In this document: in pieces, positions 21,680 through 36,270 of the stretch | Position numbering within the stretch: the first letter of the stretch is position 1 | Layout of the letters: the number at the start of each line of letters is the position of its first letter | Made by a program: the position numbers and the translations under genes | Source of the DNA: Mobula hypostoma | Taxonomy: Eukaryota | DNA: 64,000 nucleotides | Reading direction: 5' to 3' | NCBI RefSeq assembly: GCF_963921235.1 | Contig: NC_086108.1 | Coordinates: forward strand, 92,258,001 to 92,322,000 | Notes under the pieces: model-generated | Told to the model about the DNA's origin: nothing | What the model saw: the letters and a program-made list of their open reading frames with translations, nothing else | Databases searched by the model: none

Positions 21680-24600
21680 TGTAACATGCGGTATGTCCGG
21701 TAAAGAGTTTAAAAATCAGCAAGTTTTTCTCCAGGAGTCTTCAATTGGAGTACTGCACAGATGCAACAGAAATACTCCCGTGCAGGTCCAGCGAAGAGAT
21801 TTAAAAAGCCAGTCTCTATAAAAGAGAGGTACCACCTAGTGGATTGGTTATCATGGGAGCAGTTGTCGTTGGGGTAGTCTGAGTCAGAGTAGTAAGGCTT
21901 TGGCTCAACATAGTTTCTTATTTCTTAATTTTTTTTTCTGAATTAACTCTTGAGAGAATCAGGGGTATGTCTGCAGGGCCGGTGTTCTGTTCTGGTTGTC
22001 AGATGTGGGATTTCCAAGAGAGAACCAGCCTCCCCAATAGCCAAAAATGCACCAGCAGATACAGGTCCTTAGAGACCGTGTTAGGGAACTGCAGCTGCAG
22101 TTCAATGGCCTTCGGCTTGTCAGGAAAAATGAAGCAGTGATAGACAGAAGCCACATGAAGGTAGTCACCCCAAGGCTACAGGAGAGCGATAAGTGGGTGA
22201 CTGTCAGGAGAGGGAAGGGGGAACATCAGATAGTGGAGAGCACCCCTGTGGTCATCCTGCTCAACAATAAGTACTCTGTTGTGAGTACTGTTGGCGGGGG
22301 GAGGGGGCTACCCAGGGGAAGCAACAGTGGACGTGCCTCTGGCACTGAGTCTGGCCCTGAGGCTCAGAAGGACAGGAAATCGAAGAGGATGGCAGCTGTA
22401 ATAGAGGACTCTATAGCCAGGGGGACAGATAGGAGACTCTGTGGACACAAAAAGGAAATACGGATGGCCATTTGGTTCCCAGGTGCCAGGGTCCATGATG
22501 TTTCTGAATGCATCCACAATATCCTGAAAGGGGAGGGTGAGCAGCCAGAAGTGGTGGTACATATTGGTACCAATGATATAGTTAGGAAGAAGGGAGGATG
22601 TCCTGAAAACACAGTACAGGGAGTTAGGAAGGAAGCTGAGAAGCAGGACCTCAAGGGTAGCATTCTTGGGTGTGCTGCCTGTGCCATACGTTAGTAGGAT
22701 AGGAATGGAATGAGGTGGGAGATAAGTTGTGGCTAAAGAATTGGAGCAGGGGCCAGAGATTCAGATATCTGGATAATCGGAACCTCTTCTGGGGCAGGTG
22801 TGCCATGCACAAAGGCGACAGCTTGCACTTGAATCTGAGAAGGACCAATATCCTTGTGGGTAGATTTGCTAAAACTGTTGGGAGTGGTTTAAACTAATAT
22901 GGTTGGGGATGCGAACCAGTATGATAGAGCTGAGGATGAGCCTGCAGGTTTACAATTAGATGATGTAATACGTAATATGAATGTAAGGAAGGGCAAGCCA
23001 ATGATTGGGTACAATGCAGATAGAGCATAGGGTTAAATTGTACCACAGAGACAAAATTCAAAAGGGCGAAGAACACAGGACTGAAGGTGTTGTATTTAAA
23101 TGCATATAGCATTCGGGATAAGGTGGGCAAACTCATGGCACAATTACAGATTGGTTGGTATGACGTTGTGGGCATCACTGAGTCATGGCTGAAAGAAGGC
23201 CATAGTTGGGAGCTTAACATCAAAGGATATAGTTTGTATCAAAAGTACAGGCAGGAAGCTATACACGGTGGTGTGTCTGTATTAGTAAGAGATGGAATTA
23301 CATTTTTAGAACGAGTTGACATGGGATCAGAGAACGTCAAATCTTTGTGGGTGGAGTTAAAAAACTACAAAGGTGAGAAAAACGGTATGGGAATTATATA
23401 TAGGCCTCCAAATAGGAGCCAAGATGTGGGGTTGAGATTGCAAAGGAAGCTGGAAAGGGCACATAATAAGGGTAATGTCACGATTGTAATGGGGGACTTC
23501 AACAAGCAAGGGGATTGGGAAAATCAGATTGCTGTTGGATTGCAAGAGAGGAAATTTGTTGATAGCTTTTTAGAGCAGCTTGTGCTTGAACCTACTCGAG
23601 GAAAGGCTATCTTAGATTGGGTGTTGTGTAATGACCCAGATCTTGTTAAGGAGCTTAATGTAAAGGAACCCTTAGGAGGCAGTGATCATAATATGATTGA
23701 ATTCATACTGCTATTTGAGAGGGAAAGGCATAAATCACATTTATCAGTATCGCAATAGAATAAAGGGAATTACAGATCCATGAGAGAGGAGCTTGCCCAG
23801 GTGGATTGGAAAGGGATACTGGCAGGGATGATGGCAGAACAGAGGTGGCTGAAGTTTTTGGGAAATTTCATGTCCCATAGATGAAGAAGTTCTCAAATAG
23901 CAGGTCTAGGCAACCATGGCTGACAAGGGAAGTTAAGGACTGCATAAAAGCCAAGGAAAGTGCATATAAGGCAGCAAAAGAGAGTGGGAAGTTGGATGAT
24001 TGGGAAGCTTTTCAAATCCAACAAAAGGCAACTAAAAAAGTTATAAGGGAAAAGAAGAAATATGAGGGCAAACTTGCTGATAATATAAAGCAGGATATTA
24101 AAACTTTTCTTAGTTATATAAAGAATAAAAGGGAGGTGAGAATTGATATTGGACCACATTAAAATGATGCTGGTGAGGTAGTAATAGGGGACAAAGAAAT
24201 GGCAGATGAACTTAATAAGTTCGTTGCTTCAGTCTTCACTGTGGAAGACACTAGCATATGCCAGTGGTCCGTGAGTGTCAGGGAACAGGGGTGAGTGCCA
24301 TTGCTATTACAAAGGAAAAAGTGCCAAGCAAACTCAAAGGTCTTAGGGTGGATAAGTCACCTGCACCAGATGGACTACATCCCAGAGTCCAGAGACAGGT
24401 TGCTGGAAAGATAACAGATGGGTTCGTTATGATCTTGCACTTCATTCAGGCGTCGTCCCAAAGATCTGGAAAATTGCAAATGTCACGCCACTCTTTAAGA
24501 ACGGAGGAAGACAAAAGAGAGGAAATTATAGGCCAGTTGGCCTAACCTCAGTGGTTGGGAAAGTGTTGGAGTCCGTTATTAAGGATGAGGTTTCGGGGTA

Positions 24601-25903
24601 CTTGGAGACAAATGATAAAATAAGTCAAAGTCAGCAGGGTAAAGGGAAATCTTGCCTGACAAATCTGTTAGAATTCTTTGAGGAAGTAACAAGCAGGGTG
24701 GACAAAGGAGAGGCAGTGAATGTTGTTTACTCAAATTTGCAAAAGGCATTTGATAAGGTGCCTCACATTAGGCTGCTTAACAGGATAAAATCCTATGGTG
24801 TTACAGGAAATATATTGGTATGGATAGAGGAATGGCTGACAGGAAAGAGGCAGCGATTTGGAATAAAGGGGCCTCTTCTGGTTGGCTGCCAGTGACTAGT
24901 TGTGTTCCCCAGGAGTCAGTATTGGGACAGCTACTTTTCACATTGTTTGTCAATAATTTAGATCATGGAATTGGTGGCTTTTTGGCAAAGTTTGTGAATG
25001 ATATGAAGATGGGTGGAGGGGTAGGTAATGCTGAAGAAGCAATGCAATTGCATCAGGATTTAGACAAATTGGAAGAATGGGCAAAATAGTGGCAAATGGA
25101 ATACAGTGTTGGGAAATATATGATTAAGCATTCCGATAAAAGGAACAATATTGTGCACTATTATCTAAATGGGGAGAAAATTCAAACATCAGAGGTGCAA
25201 AGGGACTTAGGAGTCCTCGTGCAAGACTCCCAGAAGGTTAATTTACAGGTTGAGTCTGTGGTAAAGAAGGCAAATGAAATGTTGGTATTTATTTCAAGGG
25301 GAATAGAATATAAAAGCAAGGAGATAATGCCGAGCCTTTATACGACACTAGTCAGGATGCACTTGGAGTATTGTCAACAGTTTCGCACCCCTTATCTCAG
25401 AAAGGATGTGTTGTCATTCGAGAGTCCAGAGAAGGTAACAAGGATGATTCCGGGAATGAAGGGGTTAACATATGATGAGCATTTGGCAGCTTTGGGCCTG
25501 TACTCACTGGAATTTATAAAAATGCATGGGGTTCTCACTGAAACCTACCAAATGTTGAAAGGACTAGATTAAGTAGATGTGCAGAGGATGGGGGTAGTGG
25601 GGGTATCCAGAACCGGAGGGCACAGCTTCAGAATTGAGGGGTGGCCTTTTAGAACTGAAGTAAGGAAGAATTTTTTAACCTAAGTATGGTGTTCTGCCAG
25701 AGACTGTGGTGGAGACCAATTCTGTGAGTATATTTAGAGCAGAAGTTGAGACTCCCGATTGGTCATAGCATCAAAGGATATGGTGAGAGGGTAGGTGTAT
25801 GGGGTTGAATGGGATTCAGGACCAGCCATGATGAAATGGCAGAGTGGACTCGATGAGCTGAATGGCCTAACTCTGATCCTCTGTCAGATAGTCTTATGGT
25901 CTT
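21680..25903 (+). mobile_element. Near full-length, disabled CR1 LINE (ORF1 esterase-like; ORF2 APE + RT)
   Basis: ORF1 remnants DSIARG, PGARVHDV, VVVHIGTND (SGNH-like). APE motifs YLNAYSI, GITESWL, YRPPN, MGDFN, LDWVL, GSDHN (23087-23758). RT motifs KSCLTNL, KAFDKVPH, VPQESVLG, RDLGVLV. Tail gtcttatggtctta. Many stops and frameshifts. Confidence 0.95.
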
Positions 25904-25985
25904 AGGGTAAAATCACCAGCACAGAAAAGGTACAATCTTGGTCACTCCTTTTAAGGAATCTAGACCAAACAGAACAATTGCATTA

Positions 25986-26196
25986 TCTTCTTCTTAAGCC
26001 CACCACAGAATATGGGGCAGCTCACCAGAACACTGTCCTGGGCCGATAGAAGGTTGATTTGCCCTGTGGCTTTCACCACATGACATCATACGTATTCGAG
26101 ACAAAAGTCCTTCTTCTCCAAGTGATGAGCTCTTTGGAGCTTCTGTTGGCATTTCTGTAGCTCTGGGTCTTTATGGGATGGAGCAGCTAGCCCCAT
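25986..26196 (-). mobile_element. Probable RTE-derived non-autonomous element
   Basis: Starts with (ctt)n, then aagcccaccacag..ggggcagctcaccag..tttatgggatggagcagctagcccca. Confidence 0.4.
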
Positions 26197-27159
26197 AAAA
26201 TAGTTACAGTTCCGTTGATTTGCTAAGTATGCTCGTAGAAAAAGAATCTCAGGGTTGTATGCGGTGACATGTATGTACTCTGAAAATAAATTTTTCTTTG
26301 AACTTTGATGCCCACCTCTCCTTTCACTGCCAGATCAGAATATCTGAAACGAGCCAGCTTCCTTTCAGTGTGGGTACATTTAGTGGCACAACTGAACTCA
26401 AGGAATGGGTTGACTCGTTGCATAGCTGTCAGAGAATAAACCGTCAATATCATGACTTTGATGAATGGGAACAAATGAGAGTTTGATCATAAGTGGAGAC
26501 AACTGGAGATATTTATGGAGGTAGCTTAGACAAATGCCTGAAGTTTCCTAATGGTGAAGTAGTTAAGCTAAATTGCATTTTCTCCCAGCAAAGCCCATGT
26601 GCCGCAGTTTTGCCTGTTCACTTGATGAATGAAGTAGAAAAGCACTTACCTCCATTGGATCTGGCGATATTGATCTGGAGGTTCTTCCGAAGTTAAGAAT
26701 GAGGCCTACAGCTTGGTACTTATGACCATTTTATTAAGTGTTACAAGAACAAAAAATAACAAAGGAAGACAAAGTCAAAGAACAAGGAAATCCTGGTTGT
26801 CTTATACAAAACCTAGCTCATAGTAGAAAGATAACAAGACATTTCAGTGACAACAATTAACCTGTGAAAAAGCCAGATTCACGTGGTATGTCATATGTTA
26901 CAGAAAAACTGAGAAGCTTCTAGAAAAATATAGATTCATATACACTACAATTACTGGAAAATTCCCTGAACAATTACACATATATACAGCAGATGATTAT
27001 ATAAAATACAATCAAATATAGTAAAAGTTAAACTATGAGAAAAAAATAACAACTTTACACTCTTATCCTTCCAGGGGTCCTAGTCTCTCTTCAGATGCCA
27101 GATTTCCCAAAGATCAGAATTAAACTTAGAATAGTGCCTTAAAATACAGTGTTTGGACT

Positions 27160-27532
27160 CCTTTTCTCACTTAGGGTGGTGGGGTGGAGATGTGTCTCTA
27201 TCAAAGGAGGTGTAAGGTGCTCCTTCCCTTTGCTGAAGGTCACCCTTGGTACCTGCTTAGCCCCCCCAGTCAGGGTCACGTGAAGCCATGGGAGCAGGTG
27301 GTAGATGGTCATATGAGCAGCTGGTGCACACCACAAGTCCTGGTTATGTGACCACTGACGCCAGGCAGACAACTTCTGAAGAGCATTGATAACAGCTAGG
27401 ATCGCCTATCTTGTAAAGACACTGCCCAGAAGAAAACAATGGCAAACCACTGTAGAAAAAAATTGCCAAGAACAATCATGGTCATGGAAAGACCATGATC
27501 AGCTACGTCATACAACACAGCACACCTGAACC
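27160..27532 (+). mobile_element. SINE with RTE-type 3' end
   Basis: 3' region atggcaaaccactg..ttgccaagaacaatcatgg..ccatgatcagctacgtcatacaacacagcac resembles RTE-mobilised SINE tails. Confidence 0.6.
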
Positions 27533-29692
27533 ATATAATTAAATCTTCCAACCCATCCCCTGAAGCGAGCTGATTGCTCCAATTCACTTATCCCAGAAGT
27601 ACAGAGGGGGGGGATGTGGTTTAAGTAACGATTCAGATTTATGATTCTCCTGCAATGACTATCAAAATTTCAATCCAAAACCACAATATTTGTGGGACAT
27701 GGGGGAGTGCACAGATATAATTCCTCCACTATGAACCACAATGCTTTCTAGCGATGTACTTTAATTTCAGACTCCCAAAGCCCATCAGCATTTCAGTGCT
27801 TTCAGGAAGCAATTAGCACTGAGTGAATCATACTGAAGGCAGTGAGCAAGGCAGGAACCTACATAGCTGATTCCATTATTGATAGAATTCCAGCCACAGA
27901 AGCCTGGTTGACCAACTGTACAACTTGTCCGAGAAATGACTGATAATTTTGCATTTTGGCTTCTCCGTAATGAAAACATCAGAAATTCAAGATTCAAGAT
28001 GAAGCTAAAAGCAAGAGAGAAACTACTCACGAATTCCAAGCACCGCATTTCCTGATATTGCAAGTTGAGACTGGCAATCGTGTGAAGGAGAGGATTTTTT
28101 TTTTTTTGCTGTTGTTTTGAAACAGCAATGATCATGGAATTAATCCATTATCGATAATCCAAAAATTCTTTTCAGAGCCATTCATCAATACTGAAAGAAT
28201 CGATATTTTAAAATTCAATAGTTTCCTTGTGTTGTCAAATTATAGAGGATGATTGGTGCTGTTGCTCCAGGAATAAGCGGAGATTGATTTTTTTTTAAAT
28301 GTTGCTGATTAGCAAACAGCAATCAATAAATATCTCTCCTATATATCCTAACCTTGGAATGGAATTAAGTTCAAGTGATGCTAATGAAGATTCAAATATT
28401 TTGTTATTAGCAAACAGCTATATCCATCCACAGTTACAGAGGAATTTAAATTGATCAAATATATTTAATTACCACACTATATGGAAGAAAAATTGTAATG
28501 CGAATCAAATTTAAATTGTAAAGTATAAGCTGGATTTGAATTGATTTTACCATTAACGGTGAACTCTGAGGGAGTACATAATATGCGCACTTAGAAAACT
28601 GGTCAAGAACCTTTTAAAACCAAATACGACGCATTCGTCTTATTCCTGTTAAGGATACAGGACATAAGAACAAGATTAGGCTCTCCAGCCTCTCAAATCA
28701 AACAGAAAATATTGCAAATACTCGGCAGATCAAGCAGCATCTTTGGAGAGAGTGAAGGGGCAAACATTTCAGTTCAATAACCTATCTTCAGACTGATCCT
28801 CAGTGCGTCAAATGTTCAGTGCTGCATAAATGTTGCTTTTGCATTGAGTATCTGAAATCCATTCTGGTTTTGAAGGACACTGTTGGTGATCTGTGACAGT
28901 ATCCACATATCTGTTTTTCCTATATCCTTCAACACTTTGATTCTTTGAAGGCTCTCTGTCTTATTTTTAATTTAGCAAATAAAATACTCATCAATTGCCC
29001 TTTGTATAAGACAATCCCAAATGTCAACAGCCTCTGTGTGTAGAAATATTTCCTAATTTCACTCCCACCTGTCTCTAAATGTTAAATGCTGCCTCTGAGA
29101 TTCTATCACTAGAAGAAATAAGATGAAGCTATGAGTTGTGTTCAAAATCTTGAAAATTTCAATAAATTCATCCCTTAAATTTATAAATTACAGCTAATAA
29201 AAAACAAGAACTTGTGTAATCCAGCTTTGTAATTACAGACTTGGGTCCATGTATTGTTCTGGGAAATCTCACCTGCAGTCTCCCGGAGAACAATATGCTG
29301 CTCCAAAGATAAAGCAGGCATCCCTGACCATTCAGAAAATACTCTGTTCTGATTCTTCTATTCTGTTCTGAGTCACGGAGTCGCACAGCATGGAAACAAG
29401 CCATTCAGACCACTACATCCACACCAACCAGTTAATAGCCATCAGGTTTAACCTATTTTCCAGCATCTGCACCATAGCCTTCTTTGCCGACCAGTCTACG
29501 ACCCTTCACAACTTCCAACATTAAACTACTTCAATGTTCTTCAGGCTGACTTCTGCTTCGCGCTTTCCTAAACACTGAGCTCTACCGCAACTGCTTCCCA
29601 TGAGGCTATCTCCAATCGTCCATCACCCATAAGTTTGCTTATTCACAATGAACCCATATCTGGATCTTGATTATGAACTTTGTCAACCATCA

Positions 29693-30014
29693 GGTTCAAG
29701 TTCCAAAGGTTTCAACGGTTTCAAAGGTACACTTAATGTCAGAGAAATGTATGCAATATACATCCTGAAATACTTTTTCTTTGCAACCATCCACAAAAAC
29801 AGAGGAATGCCCCAAAGAATGAATATTAATATTAGAACCCCAAAGCCTCCCCCAGCTCCCCCCTCCCATGCGTAAGCAGCGGCAAAGCAACGATCACCCC
29901 TTCTTCACCAGTAAAGCATCGGCGCCCCTCCACCACCAAGCACTCAAGCGTGCAGCAAAGATGTAGACTTGCAGTACGGCAAGGACGACTCGTTCACCCG
30001 GTATTCAACATACC

Positions 30015-30064
<50 letters not shown>

Positions 30065-30495
30065 TAATAAGGGAAAAAGAGGTGTCTCCGTTTCGCAGCA
30101 AGGAGGGATACATAACAAACAACTCACTGATTTACGATGTTAAAAGTCTGTTGCGTCACTTTTTCCGGTCTCTGGGCACACAGTCAGAGATCTTCCATCT
30201 CCCACGACACACCAATATCCTGAAGAGGCATCGACCAGAGCCACAAAATCCCGGAACTCCGAAGGCGAGCTAATCTTCTAGGCCGCATCCTTGGCATATG
30301 GAATAACAGCCAGTCATGAGACACCGAGAGCGGGTCCCATTCCCACAAAGAACCGAAGTCAGCATGTAACTCCAGGTCAGGGTATTCAAAAGAACCCTGA
30401 AAAGGGAAAAATAGAGATATTAAAGATAGAAATAGAGCTGTTTCCAGAGAAATAGATGCAAGCAAAGGAGTTATCATTAGGCACCATTGTCTCTC
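29693..30495 (-). mobile_element. Non-autonomous non-LTR element containing a (TC)n tract
   Basis: Reverse complement of the 1843-2190 family, extending further 5'; tail ttcaaagg repeats. Confidence 0.75.
30019..30062. repeat. (TC)~22 microsatellite
   Basis: Perfect dinucleotide run. Confidence 0.97.
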
Positions 30496-31059
30496 CTAAG
30501 CTCCTGCTTCAACTTTATTGTCATTCAACTGTACAAATGTTTGCAGCTAAACGAAACAATGTTCCCCTAAGACCATGATGCAAAAGCAGTACATATATCA
30601 CATGCAGCACATAAAATAACATTAACAGTTAATAAGAAATATTCTGTAGATGTACTTGTTGACAAACAGTGCATATTTGACATGAAGTTAAATATACAAC
30701 AGCATAGTGCTACTGGTCTGTCATAAATAATGGTCTGGTCCGGTGGGTAGCAGGGTGTTCTGAAGTCTCACAGCCTGAGAATGAAGCTGTTACCCAGCCC
30801 AACAAACTTTGTTCTGAGATAAGGAGTCTTGTGTTTAAGCCTCCTGTCTTGCTTTTTAAGTCCAATGTGAATAATGTCATTCTGTCTACACTGAGATACA
30901 TTTGCCATGCATTTTATATAGTGATATAAATTATAATTTGATATATTGATAGATTTATAATTTAATAATTCTATCTATTATGATTACACTATCACCAGTC
31001 TAAGTTACAACATAGAAACAACCCACTAACTCCACCCAGGTTCCATCACGCATCCCTGC

Positions 31060-31255
31060 ACTAGAGTCAATTAATCAAATGATCCACATGACTTAATGGG
31101 CACACGGGAGAAAAGTGGAAACTGTGGCAGAACCAAATTGGCCACAGGGAGAACGTGCAACCTCCACACAAGACAGCACAGGAGTTAAGGACTGAGCCCA
31201 GGTCACAGGAACTGTAGGTGAGCAGGTCTACGACCTGTGCCACTGCGCTATCCCA
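31060..31255 (-). mobile_element. Degenerate V-domain SINE including tRNA-derived head
   Basis: gccacagggagaacgtgcaacctccacacaagacagcac..gagcccaggtcac..cctgtgccactgcgc. Confidence 0.7.
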
Positions 31256-31821
31256 TCTTTCTATCACATTGAACAAGCCATTAATAAATACGGTGAATGC
31301 CTGTGAAGCCAGCGCGGACCTTTGAGGGATTCCATGGACTGTATGCTGTCAGTTTGGGTATTTACCTATTATCCTGGTTCTGGTGCTCAGCCAACTTACC
31401 TGCCAGGTCAGCACCTCCATATTTGTCCGGATATCTGTATAAATAGCATCCATATGTTATCAGGTTCACCGGGATTAAACTGCCCTATACAAATCCATGC
31501 TGGCTCTCTCCAATCACTCAAAAGTTCTTAGGAGATTCAATCACTCTTTCGTTATAACCTCCAGTGATTTCCCAGAAATAGACGTCAGACTAAATGATTT
31601 ATAATTTTGCAGAGTGACAGGTGCAATTTTCTGATCTGGAGGAACAATTCCTGAATTGAGAAGATCTTTGATTGGAAGAGGTTTGCAATGAAGAATGGTT
31701 GTAATTTTATCTCTGTAACAACTCATCAGTGTGGTTCTGAAGTAAAATGCTGTGCTATATATACAGTAAAACTTCAACAATCAGTTGATGGTCATTTGGA
31801 AATCCAAGTGCATCACCATTT

Positions 31822-33815
31822 AGACCATAAGACATAGGAGCAGAATTAGGCCATTTGGCCCATCGAGTCTGCTCCACCATTCAATCATGGCTGATCCTTT
31901 TCTCCCCTCCTCAACCCCATTCCTCGGCCTTCTCCCCGTAACCTTTGATGCCATGTCCAAACAAGAACCTATCAATCTCTGCCTTAAATGAACCCAGAGA
32001 CTTAGCCTCCACAGCTGCCTGTGGTAACAAGTTTCAAAAATTCACCACCCTCTGGCTAAAGAAATTTCTCCGCATCTCTGTTTTAAATGGATGCCCCTCT
32101 ATCCTGAGGTTGTGCTCTCTTATCCCAGACTCTCACCACCATGGGAAATAGCCTTTCCACATCTACTCTCTCTAGGCCTTTTAACATTCAAAAAGTTGCA
32201 TTGAGATCACCCCCCCACCCCATTCTTCTAAATTTCCAGCAAGTACAGGCCCAGAGCCATCAAACATTCTTCATATGATAATCCTTTCATTCCCAGAATC
32301 TTCGTTGCGAACTGCCTCTGAACACTCTCCAATGTCAGCACATCTTTTCTGAGATGAGGAGCTGAAAACTGTTCACAATACTCAAGGTGATGCCTTATAA
32401 AGCATCAGAATCATATGTCTGCTCTTGTATTCAAAACCTCTTAAAATGAATGCTAACAGTGCATTTGCCTTCTTTACCACCGACTCAACCTGCAAGTTAA
32501 CCTTTAGGGTGTTCGGCAAAAGAACTCCTAAGTCCCTTTGCATCTCAGATTTTTGGATTTTCTCTCCATTTATAAAATACCCTGCACATTTATTTCTTCT
32601 ACCAAAATGCATGACCATGCATTTTCCAACATTGTATTTGTCATTTTCTTGCCCATTATCCTAATCTGTCTAAATCCTTCTGCAGCCTTCCTGTTACCTC
32701 AACACTACCTGCCCCACCACCAATTTTCGTATCATCTGCAAACTTGGCAACAAAGCCATTTATTCCACCATCCGAATCATTTCTACACTGCAAAGTTGGC
32801 AACAAAGCCATCTATTCCACCATCTAAGTCATTTATATACAGCATAAAAAGCAGAGGTTCCAACACCGACCTCTGCAGAACACCACTAGTCGCTGGCAGT
32901 CAACTAGACAAGGATCCTTTTATTCCCACTTGCCGCCTCCTGCTAATCAGCCAATGCTCTAACCATGTTAGTAACTCTCCTGTAATACTATGGGCTCTTA
33001 ACTTGGTAAGCAGCCTCATGTGTGGTCCTTGTCAAAGGCTTTCCTAAAGTCCAAATATACAAAATCCACTACATCCCCTTTATCTAACCTACTTGTAATC
33101 TCTTCAAAGAATTCCAACAGGTTTGTCAGGCAAGATTTTCCCTTAAAGAAACCACACTGACATTGTGCCATCTTATCCTGTGTCACCAAGTACTCCATGA
33201 CCACATCCTTAACAATTGACTCCAACATCTTCCCAACCACTGAGGACAGGCTAACTGGTCTATAATTTCCTTTCTGCTGCCTTACCCCTTTCTTAAAGAG
33301 TGGAGTGACATTTGCAGTTTTCCAGTCCTCTGGCTCCATGCCAGAGTCTAATGATTTTTTGAAAGATTATTGCTTATGCCTCCATAATATCTACCACTAC
33401 CTCTTTCAGCATCCTAGGGTGCAGTTCATCTGGTCCAGGTGACTTATGTACCCTTAGGTCTTTCAGCTTTTTGAGCACCTTCTCCCTTGTATTAGTAACT
33501 GCACTCACTTCTCTTCCTTCACACACGACAGCATCTGGCACACTGCTAATGTCTTCCACAGTGAAGACTGATGTGAAATACTCATTTAGTTCATCTGCAT
33601 CTCCTTGTCCAATGGCCTCATTTTCTAGTGGCCCTACATCCAATCTCATCTCTCTTCTATCAACCCTGATATTGCTTGCTTGCTTGCTTTCATGTTTTAT
33701 CTTTTCTCTTCCAATGACTTTTAGTTTTTCAGTAGGTTTTTAAAAATTTCCCAATCCTCTATCTTCCCTCTAATGTTTGTTTTGTTGTATGCTCTTTCTT
33801 TTGCTTCTACATTAG
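31822..33815 (-). mobile_element. CR1 LINE ORF2 and 3' end, 5'-truncated
   Basis: Minus ORFs PEDWKTANVTPLFKKG..NYRPVSLSS..KSCLTNLLEFFE..YLDFRKAFDK; KSPGPDELHPRML; RDLGVLL; tail agaccataagacatagg. Confidence 0.95.
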
Positions 33816-34184
33816 GTTCACCAGGTGCTGATAACCATGCTCCCTTTCACACATGGTGACTCCTGTGTTCACTTTAATCTGCTCTCCTTGCACACTTGAA
33901 GCTCATCTGATTCTGTTTCCAACACAGACTTTAAAATTAACACACTCACTGGGTAATATACTATTCTAGTGTGTAAAATGCAAATTTAAAGCGTTTTGGG
34001 AATAATATCCAATAGACGGGGAAACCTACTAGTCCAGCATCACTAAAGGACCAAGAATGCCGGATTAACATTGTCGGCCAAGGAACTGTAATGTACTGTA
34101 GATTGTAGATTTCTATGTTAATGGAGTTTTTGTATTCAAGATTCAAGATTGTTTACTATCGTTCTTCACTACATGAACACGAGC

Positions 34185-34410
34185 GGATATATTTCACTGG
34201 GAGTTTGAGCAGATTTGGTTTGTCACCTAAAACACTCAAAAACCTCTACAAATGCACTGTGGAGAACATTCTGATAGACTGCCTGGTGGGGTTGGGGGGT
34301 TACTGTGCTGCAGAGAGTTGTAAAGTTAGTCAGCTCCATCTTGGCTCCTAGTCTCCATGGTACCTACGGCATCTTCAAGGTACGGTGCCTCAGAAAGGTG
34401 GCATCCATTG
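34185..34410 (+). mobile_element. Rex1/L2-type RT C-terminal fragment
   Basis: LSRFGLSPKTLKNLYKCTVENIL motif in ORF 34115-34351. Confidence 0.7.
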
Positions 34411-34850
34411 AACAAAAGGTGACCCTGATGGAAATAAACAGGTGACAATGTGCCTCTTGGCAAGGTCAGTAGTGCTGTATTTGTGAAGCTTTGGTTGACT
34501 GAAAGAAACTTTGAAACACTGTCTAAGAATTTAAAACTAGCACCATTTTCAGGAGCCAGAGAAGCCGCTGCATCTCTGTGTGCCACAATTTTGAAAATGA
34601 TATTTAGTCCAGTCCACGTGCTCCTTGATATTCCCACAGCTTCCAACAGCTCAAGGCCTCACTGCTGTGGCCACCCACAAAGAAGAACAGTCCCCAAGCC
34701 CCAACTGGTCCGCAGAAGGTGCAACGTGAAGTCCTGCCCACAAATGATCTTGAAGACCTTTCTTAGCAACTCTGATACTGAAAAAAAACCTTAAAATATT
34801 GCTGAAGCATATTTTTAAATTAAATATCAAAAATCAGTTAAATGTTAAAA

Positions 34851-35440
34851 TAAGACCATAGACAGGAGTAGAATTAGGCCATATAGCCCATGGAGTCTTC
34901 TCCAGCATTCCATCATGGCTGATTTATTATCTCTCTCAAAGCCATCCTCCTACTCTCTCCCCATAACCTTTGACACTCATACTAATTAAGAAGCTAGTGA
35001 CCTCTGCTTTAAATATACCCAATGACTTGGTCTCCACAGCCTTCCATGGCCATGAATTCCACTGATTCACCATCATCTGACTGAAGAAATTCCTCCTCAT
35101 CTCTGTTCTAAGGAATGTCCTTCTATTCTGAGGCTGTAGCCTCTGATCTTAAACTTTTCCACGACTGGAAATATCCTCTCCATATCCATATCTTATTCTT
35201 CTATGTTCCAGCATGTACTGGCCCAAAGTCATCAAACGTCCCTCGTACATTAACCCTTTCATTCTCAGGATCATTCTCACAAATCTCCGTTGGACCCTCT
35301 CCAATGCCAGCACAACTTTTCTTAGATAAGGGGCCCTAAACTGCTCACAAAACTCTAAATGAGATCTGACCAATGCCTCACACTACTTCAGCATTTCATC
35401 CTTACTGTTATGTAACAGTCAAAATGAATGCCAACATTTT
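34851..35440 (-). mobile_element. CR1 3' fragment
   Basis: VRSHLEFCEQFRAPYLRKVVLALERVQRRFVRMI; tail taagaccatagacagg. Confidence 0.9.
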
Positions 35441-35859
35441 ACTTGGCCAAATAAATGTAAAGGCAATTTATTGGGTGCAAATTAAGTAAAGCATTAATTT
35501 AACCATAATAATTTAAAAAAGAATTGCCTTAACTTTCTTTTCCATGCAACATTCAAATGACATTAAAGTAACTACCCTAAATGCCAGGCAGTAACAAACC
35601 AACTAACCATGCCAGCTACACCAGTCATGAAGACATGAAGACTAGTTCCCTACTCCTGGACAATGCAAAACTGCATATCAGTGTTAAGTAATGTGAGAGT
35701 GTGTCTTGGGAGATTTACCAGCATCTGCCAGTGACTGTAAAAGGAGAGGACATTTTGGGAAATTAACTCTTTCCCACTGTACCCACTTGCCTAGATTTTA
35801 GAACCGTATTCTGCAAGTTACGAAAGTTGAATTAATTAAAACAGAAATCCCAAAATGGA

Positions 35860-36270
35860 AACCATAAGACCATAAGATACAGAAGTAGAATTAGGCCTTA
35901 TAGCCCATCGGGTCTGCTGCACCATTTCATTTCATAGAAGACTACAGTACAGTACATGACCTTTGGCTCACTGTGTTGTGCCAACTTTATAATCGACTCT
36001 GAGATCAATCTACCCCTTCCCTCCTGAAATAGCCCTCATTTTTCTAATATCCATGCTTCTCTTAAATGTTTCTAATGTATCCGCCTCCACCACCATCCAT
36101 GGCAGGGTACTGCATTCATCCTCCACTTTCCGTGTAAAAAACTTACCTCTCTGATATTCCCCCTATACTTTCCTCCAATCACCTTAAAATTATGTCCCCT
36201 CATATTAGCCATTTACGCCCTGGGAAAATGTCTCCAGCTATCCACTCGATTTATGCCTTTTATCATCTGA
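35860..36270 (-). mobile_element. Two adjacent CR1 3' tails
   Basis: accataagaccataagatacagaagtagaattagg, then catagaagactacagtacagtac..cttacctctctgatattcccc. Confidence 0.75.

Noticed and set aside
26725..27075. Possible third solo LTR (minus strand)
   Set aside because: Composition is suggestive, but no clear TG...CA termini or TSD could be identified
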